From a virus (taxonomy: Duplodnaviria; Caudoviricetes), in IMG/VR virus record IMGVR_UViG_3300034375_009028: 64,000 nt of DNA; one strand, written 5' to 3'. The position numbers were made by a program, and so were the translations under genes. Under the pieces are notes generated by a model, which saw nothing but the letters and a program-made list of their open reading frames with translations, was not told the DNA's origin and did not search any database. The stretch's first letter is position 1; each line of letters starts with the position of its first letter. This document shows, piece by piece, positions 16,245-25,858 of the stretch.

Positions 16245-16279
16245 ATTATATAGCAAAAATAAAAAGGGGTCAAGCCCCT
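16245..16279 (-). promoter_or_regulatory. sigma70 promoter of the hli-petF-prx operon, embedded in a terminator hairpin
   Basis: TTGACC (16273-16268)-N17-TATAAT (16250-16245); AGGGG/CCCCT stem plus T run. Confidence 0.75.
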
Positions 16280-16311
16280 CTTGTCAATATATCCTGACAA
16301 ACTAAGTATAA

Positions 16312-16473
16312 TTACTTACAATAGTCTGGATTTTTTTTCAAAAAGCTATGAACATATGAGTCCACATCTATATCCATTTTATAATGAGCATGAGTATGTG
16401 CTAGTTGCACCATTCCTAGAAATCCACATATAAGCAGATTGATCAAAGTCAATGGATGAAAAAAATACTTCAT
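16312..16473 (-). CDS. small single-TM protein
   Basis: Start re-called at MKYFFHPLT (the longer ORF start lies in a terminator). Confidence 0.6.
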   Translation of the reverse strand: MKYFFHPLTLINLLICGFLGMVQLAHTHAHYKMDIDVDSYVHSFLKKNPDYCK

Positions 16474-16476
16474 AGT

Positions 16477-16500
16477 AAAAAGGGGACTCAGAGAGTCCCC
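16477..16500 (-). terminator. terminator after the beta-barrel gene
   Basis: GGGGACTC/GAGTCCCC stem plus T5. Confidence 0.75.
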
Positions 16501-16523
16501 CATAGTTTTATCTAATCGTTAGA

Positions 16524-16889
16524 TCAGAAAGTGAACTTCAGACCAGCTTTGGTGCCATAACCGTTGTCTGCACCATTAGCACCAGTAGCGAAAGAAACTT
16601 CACCATAGACACTCAATGCTTCAGTCGCAGCAACGCTACCACCAACTTTACCAGAAAGAACGGTGTCGGTATCTGCACCATCAAGAGCGACAATGCTAGG
16701 ACCAACTTGAGCGTAATATCCGAGAGCACCAGTAGTGCCTTCGTAACCTACGTGAAGATCAGTTACCGTACCGCCGTAATCCGATCCAACGAAACCAGAA
16801 TTGGCTTCGACATTAACGTAAGGACCTGCGAACGCAGCGCCAGCGGACATGGAGAGAGCAGCAGTTGCTGCGAAAACAGATTTAATCAT
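16524..16889 (-). CDS. small outer-membrane beta-barrel-like protein
   Basis: Signal peptide (AGAAFA); alternating-residue beta strands; terminal Phe (GLKFTF). Confidence 0.75.
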   Translation of the reverse strand: MIKSVFAATAALSMSAGAAFAGPYVNVEANSGFVGSDYGGTVTDLHVGYEGTTGALGYYAQVGPSIVALDGADTDTVLSGKVGGSVAATEALSVYGEVSFATGANGADNGYGTKAGLKFTF

Positions 16890-16961
16890 TTTAGATACCT
16901 CTTTAAATTTACTTGCGGAATGGTTACCCGCAGATGGAGAGTCGGTTTATCCGACTGCTTG

Positions 16962-16973
16962 GATATTATAGCA
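16962..16973 (-). promoter_or_regulatory. extended -10 promoter for the beta-barrel gene
   Basis: TGcTATAAT (TATAAT at 16970-16965); leader with GTCGG/CCGAC and GCGG/CCGC hairpins. Confidence 0.6.
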
Positions 16974-17097
16974 TAGAATGACGCGAGTAGTTGAGGCGTC
17001 CCTTCTATGAACTGTCACATGTGACAATTGTTATAATTCGTAACACTAATTACGAATAACTTATTTATAATAGTTAATTTTTTTACTTTTGTCAAGC

Positions 17098-17547
17098 TTA
17101 CAGAATACCAAATGGTAAGTTGCTTAGTCCCTTAAGTGCAGAACCTCCTCCTGGAGTTGGTGGTCTCATAGGAATACTTGCTCTTTCTTTTTTCTCTGCT
17201 CGAAGTTCCAGTTCATAAATTCTTTCTTCCATAACCTCAATAGAAGCGTGGAGGTTTGTAAGATAATCAATCAACTCTTCCTTATTCTCAACAACCTCGC
17301 GAATATCTTCACGAAGTTCTCTTTCTTTTTTTTCAACTTCTAGATCATCTGGATTAATCTGACCACTTTTGGCCATGTAAAAATCAGCGATTGCTTTAGT
17401 ATCATCCAGATCTATTCCTTCTAATTTGGGAGATACATCTTCTTGTTCAACTTCTTCAGCAGGTTCTTCTGCATATTTAATGCTATGAATAACCTCAGTA
17501 GTTCTAGGTTTTTCTTTTAGATCTTCTGTGTTATTATCTTCTGTCAT
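17098..17547 (-). CDS. acidic coiled-coil hypothetical protein
   Basis: 149 aa, Glu-rich; ATGA-coupled to pcyA. Confidence 0.7.
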   Translation of the reverse strand: MTEDNNTEDLKEKPRTTEVIHSIKYAEEPAEEVEQEDVSPKLEGIDLDDTKAIADFYMAKSGQINPDDLEVEKKERELREDIREVVENKEELIDYLTNLHASIEVMEERIYELELRAEKKERASIPMRPPTPGGGSALKGLSNLPFGIL

Positions 17548-18254
17548 AGTTCTGGATAGTCAAACAACATTTCTGCAATATATTTATCGGCAAACTCTTC
17601 ACCAAAAATGCCCTTTAAAACTCCTTTAGTTTTATTATTTTGCCTCTGCTTCTCACAATAATACTTGTGTCCTTCATAGTTTTTTCTAATCTGATCTTCA
17701 TCAGTTGTTGCTTCAGTGATGTTTGCAATAGCACAATGATAATTTAAAAAGGTAAATGCGATAGAATTAAATTTATCATACTCATCTTCGTTAGGACTTA
17801 CAAAAACACAATGCTCTGAGAATACATCTCCCCAGTCTGGCATCTTTTTGTCCTTCTCAAACTCTTTATCTTCCACAACATTAAGAATATCATACTGTGA
17901 AGGCAGAGACCTGTCTTCTCTAATTGAACTGATGTCTACAATTGCCGCTCCAACATTTTTTGAAGACGCTACAATATCAGCACCAAAGATTGGAAGACTA
18001 TATTCGTACCTCGGATACATATTTGTATGTAGGATATCCAATCCAGATTTCATCTGTGCAATCTCTAGATGAATCTTTCTAAAATGGTGGGTCTCCCAAA
18101 CAAAATTCTCAATATAAACAGCATCATCATCGTCTGCTCTATCAATTTTTCTAAAGTCTTCAGGGATTCCAACTTCCCTTACTATAAAGTGTTCTCCCCA
18201 TGCTCTCAAAATATTTTCTGACAGGGATTGAATCATTGGATGTAAATCTCTCAT
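17544..18254 (-). CDS. pcyA: ferredoxin-dependent bilin reductase, PcyA type (phycocyanobilin:ferredoxin oxidoreductase)
   Basis: FRKIHLEIA, LDILH and LPIFGADIV (His74/Glu76/His88/Asp105 equivalents), YCEKQRQNNKT; PcyX cannot be fully excluded. Confidence 0.8.
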   Translation of the reverse strand: MRDLHPMIQSLSENILRAWGEHFIVREVGIPEDFRKIDRADDDDAVYIENFVWETHHFRKIHLEIAQMKSGLDILHTNMYPRYEYSLPIFGADIVASSKNVGAAIVDISSIREDRSLPSQYDILNVVEDKEFEKDKKMPDWGDVFSEHCVFVSPNEDEYDKFNSIAFTFLNYHCAIANITEATTDEDQIRKNYEGHKYYCEKQRQNNKTKGVLKGIFGEEFADKYIAEMLFDYPEL

Positions 18255-18261
18255 TTGTTCC

Positions 18262-18672
18262 TCATTTAAAAAGTTTATCTTTAGGGGTATTTAAAACGAA
18301 TAATTCCATTGGTTGGTCTGCTAATCTTGGGCGACTTATTCCATCATCCCAAACATAACCTTTTAAAAACATTATCCAATTTATAGAATCATCAAAGTCT
18401 TTGTTATAAACAACACCATAAACAGTATCGTCATGGTAGTCATCTACACATATAGTAACTTCGCCTCTAGTAGCATTTCTAAGATAATATTTTAGTTTGT
18501 TTCTTGCTTGAATACCATAATCTTTTTGTTCCTCATTATTTATTGATGGGGAACAAATTCCACTTAGGTATATGACCTTCTTAAGATAAACGCCCATACC
18601 CAAATCAATTATTCCCTCAAAAGAATAACCATCAAATACATCAAGAACTCTACTTATTTGGTATTCATACAT
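18262..18672 (-). CDS. degenerate SNase-fold protein
   Basis: Colinear with 11652..12110 (IDLG, L.G...P, GY.W) but catalytic DGDT/R/DTPE are replaced. Confidence 0.6.
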   Translation of the reverse strand: MYEYQISRVLDVFDGYSFEGIIDLGMGVYLKKVIYLSGICSPSINNEEQKDYGIQARNKLKYYLRNATRGEVTICVDDYHDDTVYGVVYNKDFDDSINWIMFLKGYVWDDGISRPRLADQPMELFVLNTPKDKLFK

Positions 18673-18681
18673 ACAAATTAC

Positions 18682-21678
18682 TTAGTCCTCAAACATATAT
18701 TTAACAACATTAACTGTCTCATTTGATACAGACTTCATCCTATTTACAACTTCAGGATCAATAAGATCAGGATGATACCACCAATCCTCAAAAGGACTGT
18801 TGTCATTAGGAGATACATTGGCAACTAACATTTCATATCCCATTAGTTTAAGATATTTCCTAGACTTGTCTCTATAAGATCCCGTCATATCAACATAATG
18901 ATCATGTTCATATGTGATAATACCAAACCTATACTTCTCAAATGGAATTGCCAACAAGCATTCAAAAGTAGTTTTAGATGGTTCAACATCTAGTTGAAGA
19001 TAATCAAAATCAGTTCCTTTATCAAAGTTATCAAGCAACTTCATGTAATCAATAGTTGTTGCATCTTTACAAATGATCTGGTTCTTACGCTCTCTAGCAA
19101 ACTGGTTACACAGATCAGAGAGAATCTCAATAGAAATACCATCCCAGTCATATTTTGTCTCAAGAAGAGCAGTATTGTTTTGATAGAAAGGTTGTTGAGC
19201 GCCAATCTCAAGATAAAGTCCATTCGTTTTACCTTGAGTTGCGGCAAGAATAAACATATCCTGGAATGCTTGAGAATGATTATTTTTAATCTTATCAGAA
19301 CCAGGGAATTTGAATCTTAATTTATCATGTTTGCGCTGTTGATATTTAATAACCTCATCTGGAATATGTCCTGATCCCATTCTCATTAGATTATTACCAA
19401 CCATATCATAATGGCGATCATCCATCTCATAGTTATTCTTCATGTCTTGAAGAAGAGATCTGGATTCATCTCCTTTACCCCACCACCATGCGGCAAGTTG
19501 CTTCTCAAAAAGAAGACCATACTTACCAGGATATTCCACATCAGTCTTCAATGGTTCGCAATCAAAGTCACAAAACTCAATTGCCCAATGAGCAAAGATA
19601 TAACAATCTTGCCACCACTGACGCTTTTCAGCAAACTTAGCTAACAAATAGTATGCTTCTGGTCTTTTAGGATGAATGCAAAGTGCTTGTTGAAGAAGTC
19701 CCTTTGCTGTTTGATCTCTCGTCCCTTGCCTATCATAGGCATTGGAGGCATGGATAAGTGCTTCATAAGCAAGATCAAGATCGTCTGTTCGCTCAGCACA
19801 CCTCAAAAAGAATGATAGTGCTGGAGCGTTATGCCTATGATGCTCATACCACATACCAAGGTTAAAATTCTTTGTTGGATTCTCAGTATCCAATGCATAC
19901 TCTAAAAGTAATTGGTTAAGATTTGCTCCATTAACACTTGTCAATAATTGAGTTTTTACATCCTCAACATTAGTAACTTCTTCATTTTCACTACGAAGTT
20001 CTTCACTCATTTTAACTTCAAACATTGCTCCCATAAGTTCCTCAACTGTTCTAGTACTTCCATTATCTTTCCACCAATTTATAATATAATCGTGGGTATA
20101 ATAATGATTTCTTTTTTGTCCATCCTTTACATCCCCATCTCCACCTTCAAAAGTTGAAGTAAAAGATACGTCTTCAACAAACATTGGAATAGTATAAACT
20201 TTTCCAGCACTGGTGTAAAGAATGTTTTCGATGAGAGGTTGTATCTCAGCATCTTTTAGCTCAAGATGATATATATTATCTCGAATATAATTATCTATAA
20301 TATATTTTGCATAGTCTCTTTTAACAATATATGCTGTCACAGACCAATCATCCCAAAGACGGTCTCTTATTTTTATATCTCCAAAATCTCCACGTATTGG
20401 AAGCATTTGAATACATCCCCAATCTTCGGGAAGAGCATCAACAAATTCCTTCCAAGTAAAATTCCAATAGTCTACAGTATCAAGACTCAAATCATCTTCG
20501 CAGAAGAATCCATATTCCTCATCAGTATTTTCATACCAATGTTTGATTGCTTTTAAATGAGATACACAACAACCTTTTGTTCCATCATTAAGAGTATCTA
20601 CATACTTACCAGTGACTATATCATCAGATTCTGAGAATCTTTTTGATATTATTGGGATAATATTTTTTGCTCCATGCTTCTTTAAAGCATCTTCCAAATT
20701 ATTTCTTCTATCAATACTTTCCTCAAGACTCAAATAATATACCGAATTTAATTCCGATAATTTTTTGACTTCTTCTTTTCTAGTAGCAACATAATTTTGA
20801 CCATCAATATTAATTACATCCCAATCATATATCCTCTCGATATATGGATTTTGAATATCAGAAAAAAGTTTTTCATTAAATTCAACATTCATTTTTGCTA
20901 AGAGATATTCTAGATTCCAACGATCCGAATCAGAAGTTGTTGGATCAGAAATTCTTCTCTTTACATTCTCAATATTTGTTTCTGCTTCTTCACCATATCC
21001 TTCAAAATTCTCATATCTTTTACTATCTGGATGTGGTATATGAATAATATTATAGTTATGAACTAATTTTTTACATTCAAGACCCAATATAGTAAGTCTT
21101 TTTGTCATTTGATCATCTTCATAAGCATAATACTTACCCATTCTCTCATCATATCCACCAACTTTCCAGAAGTTTTCTCTGCTAACAAAGCAAAGACCCG
21201 TAAGATATTTGAATAGGGGACTATATGTATGAGAGTATTTCATCAACTCACCAACATCCATACCATGAAGGTTGACAACATATCCCTTTAAATCTTCATT
21301 CCAATGCTCATGATTACAGACGTAACTATCTTGACCACATAAGAAGGAATTTTCATCAATCTTATAAAAATCAAAGAATGGAAAATATGGATTGATCATA
21401 TAATCACAATCCAACTTAAGAATATAATCTCCTGTAGCAATACTTGCGGCAAGATTTAATGGTTGAGGTTGATTAAAATACTTTTCATCATTAACTCTAA
21501 CTATTTTTATTCTCTTATCAATTTTTGTAAGATGATTTATTGGTTCATCAGAACTCCAATCAACTATTATAAATTCTTTAATTTCATCAAATGCCAACCA
21601 AGAATTTAATGATATTCTTAATGCATCATACCGATTTTTACATGCACAAATTACTGAAACATTCATATTGAAATCCAA
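18682..21678 (-). CDS. four-domain protein: GT2/GT7-like, GT25-like, TPR, FkbM-like methyltransferase
   Basis: ICACKNR..LKLDCD..GGYDE; GCCVSHLKAI..CEDDL; TPR helices (HPKRPEAYY); SQAFQDMF..YLEIGA..LQLDVEP. Confidence 0.75.
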   Translation of the reverse strand: MDFNMNVSVICACKNRYDALRISLNSWLAFDEIKEFIIVDWSSDEPINHLTKIDKRIKIVRVNDEKYFNQPQPLNLAASIATGDYILKLDCDYMINPYFPFFDFYKIDENSFLCGQDSYVCNHEHWNEDLKGYVVNLHGMDVGELMKYSHTYSPLFKYLTGLCFVSRENFWKVGGYDERMGKYYAYEDDQMTKRLTILGLECKKLVHNYNIIHIPHPDSKRYENFEGYGEEAETNIENVKRRISDPTTSDSDRWNLEYLLAKMNVEFNEKLFSDIQNPYIERIYDWDVINIDGQNYVATRKEEVKKLSELNSVYYLSLEESIDRRNNLEDALKKHGAKNIIPIISKRFSESDDIVTGKYVDTLNDGTKGCCVSHLKAIKHWYENTDEEYGFFCEDDLSLDTVDYWNFTWKEFVDALPEDWGCIQMLPIRGDFGDIKIRDRLWDDWSVTAYIVKRDYAKYIIDNYIRDNIYHLELKDAEIQPLIENILYTSAGKVYTIPMFVEDVSFTSTFEGGDGDVKDGQKRNHYYTHDYIINWWKDNGSTRTVEELMGAMFEVKMSEELRSENEEVTNVEDVKTQLLTSVNGANLNQLLLEYALDTENPTKNFNLGMWYEHHRHNAPALSFFLRCAERTDDLDLAYEALIHASNAYDRQGTRDQTAKGLLQQALCIHPKRPEAYYLLAKFAEKRQWWQDCYIFAHWAIEFCDFDCEPLKTDVEYPGKYGLLFEKQLAAWWWGKGDESRSLLQDMKNNYEMDDRHYDMVGNNLMRMGSGHIPDEVIKYQQRKHDKLRFKFPGSDKIKNNHSQAFQDMFILAATQGKTNGLYLEIGAQQPFYQNNTALLETKYDWDGISIEILSDLCNQFARERKNQIICKDATTIDYMKLLDNFDKGTDFDYLQLDVEPSKTTFECLLAIPFEKYRFGIITYEHDHYVDMTGSYRDKSRKYLKLMGYEMLVANVSPNDNSPFEDWWYHPDLIDPEVVNRMKSVSNETVNVVKYMFED

Positions 21679-22499
21679 TGAGGTAATCTTAATCCGTTAG
21701 AGTCTACAAAAGAGGCGTATGGTTGGAACCACTTCTTAGGGCAAATAGTTTTTTCACTTTTTGCCAACCAAGATCCCCACCAACTATAAGTACTATTAGC
21801 AATTATATGATAATTGCACATTGACATCAAGCACAAATCCAAATAAGTGTTTCCACTTCTCATAATATGAAATCTATCCTCACTAAAATAATCCTGATCC
21901 TCACACCAATCAGGATCGTCAGAGAATACTAATGTTGGTATAGATAAATCAAAATGAGATAATGCATCATTATAATAATCTAATGTAAGATTATTTAAAA
22001 AATGCGAATTTAAATAATCAGTTCTTCTTATATGAAGTGCTATTATTTTTTTATTTTGAAATGTTTGTTCTAAATAAAATTTAGCAATGTTTTTGTATCT
22101 TTCCTTAAAAACAAATTGCTTTCTTATATCTTTTTCAAAATCGATGAAATATTTATAGTTTTGAAAAAATCCTAAAATACTTTTATTATCATGATTAGTA
22201 TTATAAAAGTTAGAATCAAAAGCGGTGTTTAAAAATCGACCATTCTGTTCTTCTGTTTGCAATACAATGCTATGACCACCAGAAACGATATCAGATGGTA
22301 CACCATTGGGCAAAACAAACTCAGAATAATAGTGAGAAAATACTTTTGCTGATATATTAAAGCACTTATACAATTCCAAATTATTTTTACATAAAGCAAA
22401 GTCTAAATTAAATTTTTTAGACATAGAATACAACGCAGCATATTGGAACATTTGGTTTCCCAATCTTCCAATAAATCCAATATGAGGAAATGTAATCAT
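21663..22499 (-). CDS. GT11 alpha-1,2-fucosyltransferase-like
   Basis: GRLGNQMFQYA, LHIRRTDY, FSDD and IANSTYSWWG motifs. Confidence 0.85.
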   Translation of the reverse strand: MITFPHIGFIGRLGNQMFQYAALYSMSKKFNLDFALCKNNLELYKCFNISAKVFSHYYSEFVLPNGVPSDIVSGGHSIVLQTEEQNGRFLNTAFDSNFYNTNHDNKSILGFFQNYKYFIDFEKDIRKQFVFKERYKNIAKFYLEQTFQNKKIIALHIRRTDYLNSHFLNNLTLDYYNDALSHFDLSIPTLVFSDDPDWCEDQDYFSEDRFHIMRSGNTYLDLCLMSMCNYHIIANSTYSWWGSWLAKSEKTICPKKWFQPYASFVDSNGLRLPHWISI

Positions 22500-23224
22500 A
22501 ATGATATCAATCTACTAAAAAAATTACGTATTACTTCTATATTTGAATATCCACCATTCTCCATAAAATAATTTCCAGGTCTTATTCTGTGATGATGATA
22601 CCAATCATCAACTATCTCATATTTATTGCCAGACGTTAACCAAAAATATGAGAATACTATTACATCTGCAGATGCATGATATGGAGTATTAACGAAGTAT
22701 CTTTTTTGTGTTTTTAAATATTGTTCCCTATTAACAATAAAATTACCATTATTTAAAAACCACGATAACTTATGCATACTAGTTTCAATATATTTTTGAG
22801 TTACTTTTAAATCAAAAATTTTATCCTCATAATTATATTGAACTATATTACCATCAGACATTATTAAAGTACTCTCGATATAACAAGTATCTTTTTTTGA
22901 ATAGTCTAAGTTTTTAATTACATCAAAGATACATTCATCAAACCAATTGTCACTATCAAAAAGATATACCCATTCAGAAGTACAATTTGCAACTGTTAGA
23001 TACTTGTTTATAAAAGCTTTTTGATTTATCTCAGATCTAAAAACCTTTACCTTATCTGTATTCAAAGAGTTTAGTATCTTACAAAGATTACCATACTCAG
23101 TTGGATTTGATCCGTCATCATGTATTACTATTTCACTAATAAAATCACAATTGATTGAAGTTTTTATACAATCCCAAAGATATTTGGAACTATTGTATGT
23201 TGGTATTCCCAGAGATATACTCAT
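22496..23224 (-). CDS. GT2-family glycosyltransferase
   Basis: SLGIPTYN, IHDDGS and FDSD (DxD) motifs. Confidence 0.8.
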   Translation of the reverse strand: MSISLGIPTYNSSKYLWDCIKTSINCDFISEIVIHDDGSNPTEYGNLCKILNSLNTDKVKVFRSEINQKAFINKYLTVANCTSEWVYLFDSDNWFDECIFDVIKNLDYSKKDTCYIESTLIMSDGNIVQYNYEDKIFDLKVTQKYIETSMHKLSWFLNNGNFIVNREQYLKTQKRYFVNTPYHASADVIVFSYFWLTSGNKYEIVDDWYHHHRIRPGNYFMENGGYSNIEVIRNFFSRLISL

Positions 23225-23879
23225 TATTCACAAATATAGTGTTTATATGATCATGAAATATTTCTGTGTATCCACTATCAATGATAAAACTTCTCAAATT
23301 TTTACAGGAATTTACTAAAGATTTATTTTCTTGGAAGTATTCATGATCATCTATAAGTTCAACAATCATCATCTTTGGTTTCCACAGATCAAGTCTAAAA
23401 GATTTAAAAACATCCTCTTCTCTTCCTTCAACATCAACAACTAATAAATCAAAGTTTTTAGGAATATCTGCCATTTGCATATAACTATCAAGTCTAACCT
23501 GCATACATTCAGATTCAGTAAACTGAGGATGTCCAAATATAGACATAGAGGAAACCATTGTTGCCTGGTCTTTATCCATAGTAGATACTATTCCAGAACA
23601 ATATACTGGCAGACGACCAACCTTTGTTCCAATAGCATAATTAGATACCTTAATCTTTGAATTATTTGAATGCCTCTTAACACATTGCTCAAAGTGTTCT
23701 TTTACTGGTTCAATATAAAATCCTCTCCATCCAGCATCAGCAAGACAAGAAGTATTAGATACAGATTCACCATCAAAAGCACCAACCTCTACAAAGATTC
23801 TATCAACGTTCTCACCAAAGTATTTTGTATAAATTTTATCCAGATTTGGTATCTGACAAGTCAATGATAATGTGTACAT
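23190..23879 (-). CDS. FkbM-family methyltransferase
   Basis: FVEVGAFDG..SN, IEP, LLVVDVEGRE. Confidence 0.85.
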   Translation of the reverse strand: MYTLSLTCQIPNLDKIYTKYFGENVDRIFVEVGAFDGESVSNTSCLADAGWRGFYIEPVKEHFEQCVKRHSNNSKIKVSNYAIGTKVGRLPVYCSGIVSTMDKDQATMVSSMSIFGHPQFTESECMQVRLDSYMQMADIPKNFDLLVVDVEGREEDVFKSFRLDLWKPKMMIVELIDDHEYFQENKSLVNSCKNLRSFIIDSGYTEIFHDHINTIFVNNEYISGNTNIQ

Positions 23880-23882
23880 AAT

Positions 23883-24488
23883 TTACATAAAAGCACCTTT
23901 TTTAACATACCAAATATGAACTGGTCCATCAATACCAACCAACTCATCTTCATCATAAGTATCTCTTAAATGAGCAGTAATATTACCAAAAGAAGGATGA
24001 TTCCAATCATGCCCCATGATATAACCACCATCACGAACTTTCTTTTCCCAATACTTTAAATCATTTTCAAGATCAAAATGATTACCATCAATAAAAACAA
24101 AATCTAAACTTTCATTTCTAAATTTTTTCGCAGCATTTTGTGATGTCATACGAATAATTTTACCTCTTGGGTCAAATGGTTTGATTAATTGGACAACATG
24201 TGCATGTAATCCATCAAATCCACCAAACTCAGTATCTACATTTACAACACCAGATAGATCCCAAGTTTCTTTTTTGTACGAATCAACTCCCCATAAAGTT
24301 TCTAGATTTGTTTCTTCCAATAAGAGTTGCATATTAGATCCAAAAGCAACTCCAATTTCTACACCTGTTTTAATTTCATCTTCTCTTTCATTAATAAAAT
24401 CTTTTAACCATTGATGAGATTCGTCCCAATAACCATGGAACCTTCTTAGATTTTGTATATCGATCTCACCAGTATACTTTGTAGCCAT
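23883..24488 (-). CDS. class I SAM methyltransferase (Methyltransf_24-like)
   Basis: VEIGVAFG, GVD, DFVFIDGNH, GGYIMGHD. Confidence 0.8.
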   Translation of the reverse strand: MATKYTGEIDIQNLRRFHGYWDESHQWLKDFINEREDEIKTGVEIGVAFGSNMQLLLEETNLETLWGVDSYKKETWDLSGVVNVDTEFGGFDGLHAHVVQLIKPFDPRGKIIRMTSQNAAKKFRNESLDFVFIDGNHFDLENDLKYWEKKVRDGGYIMGHDWNHPSFGNITAHLRDTYDEDELVGIDGPVHIWYVKKGAFM

Positions 24489-24495
24489 TTAACAA

Positions 24496-25119
24496 TTACT
24501 CCTGTTTTACGTAAAATGCATCACCCCAACCATGATCTTCCCACCAATCAGTTTCAATTCTCTCAAAAGAAAACTTAGATAAAAAATCATCAATATCTTC
24601 TATATATGCATTGTTCTCATAGATCTCATCACTATTAACTTCACAATAAATGTAATCAATATATTGAAGGGTATTCTCTGCCCCCTTCAATACTTCAAGT
24701 TCATATCCCTGAACATCAATATTTAACATATTATATTCTGTGAGATTGTAATCATCCAATCTATTAACTTCTACCTTTTCTGTTTTATCAAAAGTAACGT
24801 CTGGATATAATTGTAAATGTTTTTTTGGTTTTAATATAGAACTACTCTCACATTGATTACTACTTAAATACATATCAACAATTTTATTTGTACTTCCCAA
24901 TGCGACTTGATGCCCTGTTATATTTGCATTGTAGTTAGAAGCGTGAGACGCAACCTTATAAAAATTATCTAGAACTGGTTCAAATAGAACAATATTCTTG
25001 ATTCCATTGTTAATATAAACTGGTATCTCTTCACCATGATGAGCACCTACGTGAATAACTCCTGTGATTTCCATTTTATAACTATTAAAAATTGTATTAA
25101 AATCTATTAACATTATCAA
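24496..25119 (-). CDS. FkbM-family methyltransferase
   Basis: IHVGAH.GEE, LFEP, LNIDVQGYELEVLKG. Confidence 0.85.
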   Translation of the reverse strand: MIMLIDFNTIFNSYKMEITGVIHVGAHHGEEIPVYINNGIKNIVLFEPVLDNFYKVASHASNYNANITGHQVALGSTNKIVDMYLSSNQCESSSILKPKKHLQLYPDVTFDKTEKVEVNRLDDYNLTEYNMLNIDVQGYELEVLKGAENTLQYIDYIYCEVNSDEIYENNAYIEDIDDFLSKFSFERIETDWWEDHGWGDAFYVKQE

Positions 25120-25853
25120 AAAATCCAGTCTGGATAAAGTACATGCTTTCCATAATTCCCATTATTAATTCTAATATATATCTCTGGTCTGTCTGGAACT
25201 ATATTATAGTATTCCAGATTTTGTCTCAACATAGTTTCTGGTTGATATTTTTCAAATTCTATATTGTATAGATTATTATAAACATTAGAATACTGATCCA
25301 TAATATGAGATTTACCAAAAGCAAACTGATCATTTATACCATTATCCCAATCTTCTCCAGCAGGAATACATAAGTCACTATCATACTTAGATAAATCAAA
25401 ATATTCATCGTAAATATAATCGCTGTCCATTCTCATTCTGACAACTTTATCAAAAACCATAGAGTTTTCATCTTCATATTTCATTTTTAATTCATTAGAC
25501 TTGAAGATAGAATAATACATACTAATAGGACTAATTGTATAGTTATCAATAGGACTACATTTTGTCAAGATGTCAGTATAAATTTTTTTAAATTTTGGTT
25601 CCAATGAAATAAAATTCTCAACTAAAGCAGACTCATAATTAAAAGAATCTAAGAATCCAATACTATCTTCAGCAATCCTATCTAATTCTTTATACTCTGG
25701 TTGAAATACTTTACTTGTAAAGAATTCTTTGTTTTGAACTTTCCAAGTATGTATAAAGATTTTTATATTCTCATTAGGAATTATTTTTTCTATAGTTCTA
25801 AGAGCATTTTCTGGATACCTAATTAGTCCAGATAAACATATTGCAACATTCAT
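25116..25853 (-). CDS. putative GT-A-like glycosyltransferase
   Basis: VAICLSG..R, FIHTW, VRMRMD, NDQFAFG; paralog of 62501..63232. Confidence 0.6.
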   Translation of the reverse strand: MNVAICLSGLIRYPENALRTIEKIIPNENIKIFIHTWKVQNKEFFTSKVFQPEYKELDRIAEDSIGFLDSFNYESALVENFISLEPKFKKIYTDILTKCSPIDNYTISPISMYYSIFKSNELKMKYEDENSMVFDKVVRMRMDSDYIYDEYFDLSKYDSDLCIPAGEDWDNGINDQFAFGKSHIMDQYSNVYNNLYNIEFEKYQPETMLRQNLEYYNIVPDRPEIYIRINNGNYGKHVLYPDWIF

Positions 25854-25858
25854 ATTAT

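Noticed and set aside
17544-18254. Calling the bilin reductase PebS
   Set aside because: HLE, ILH and FGADIV residues match PcyA rather than the PebA/PebS pattern; enzymology would be needed to exclude PcyX.
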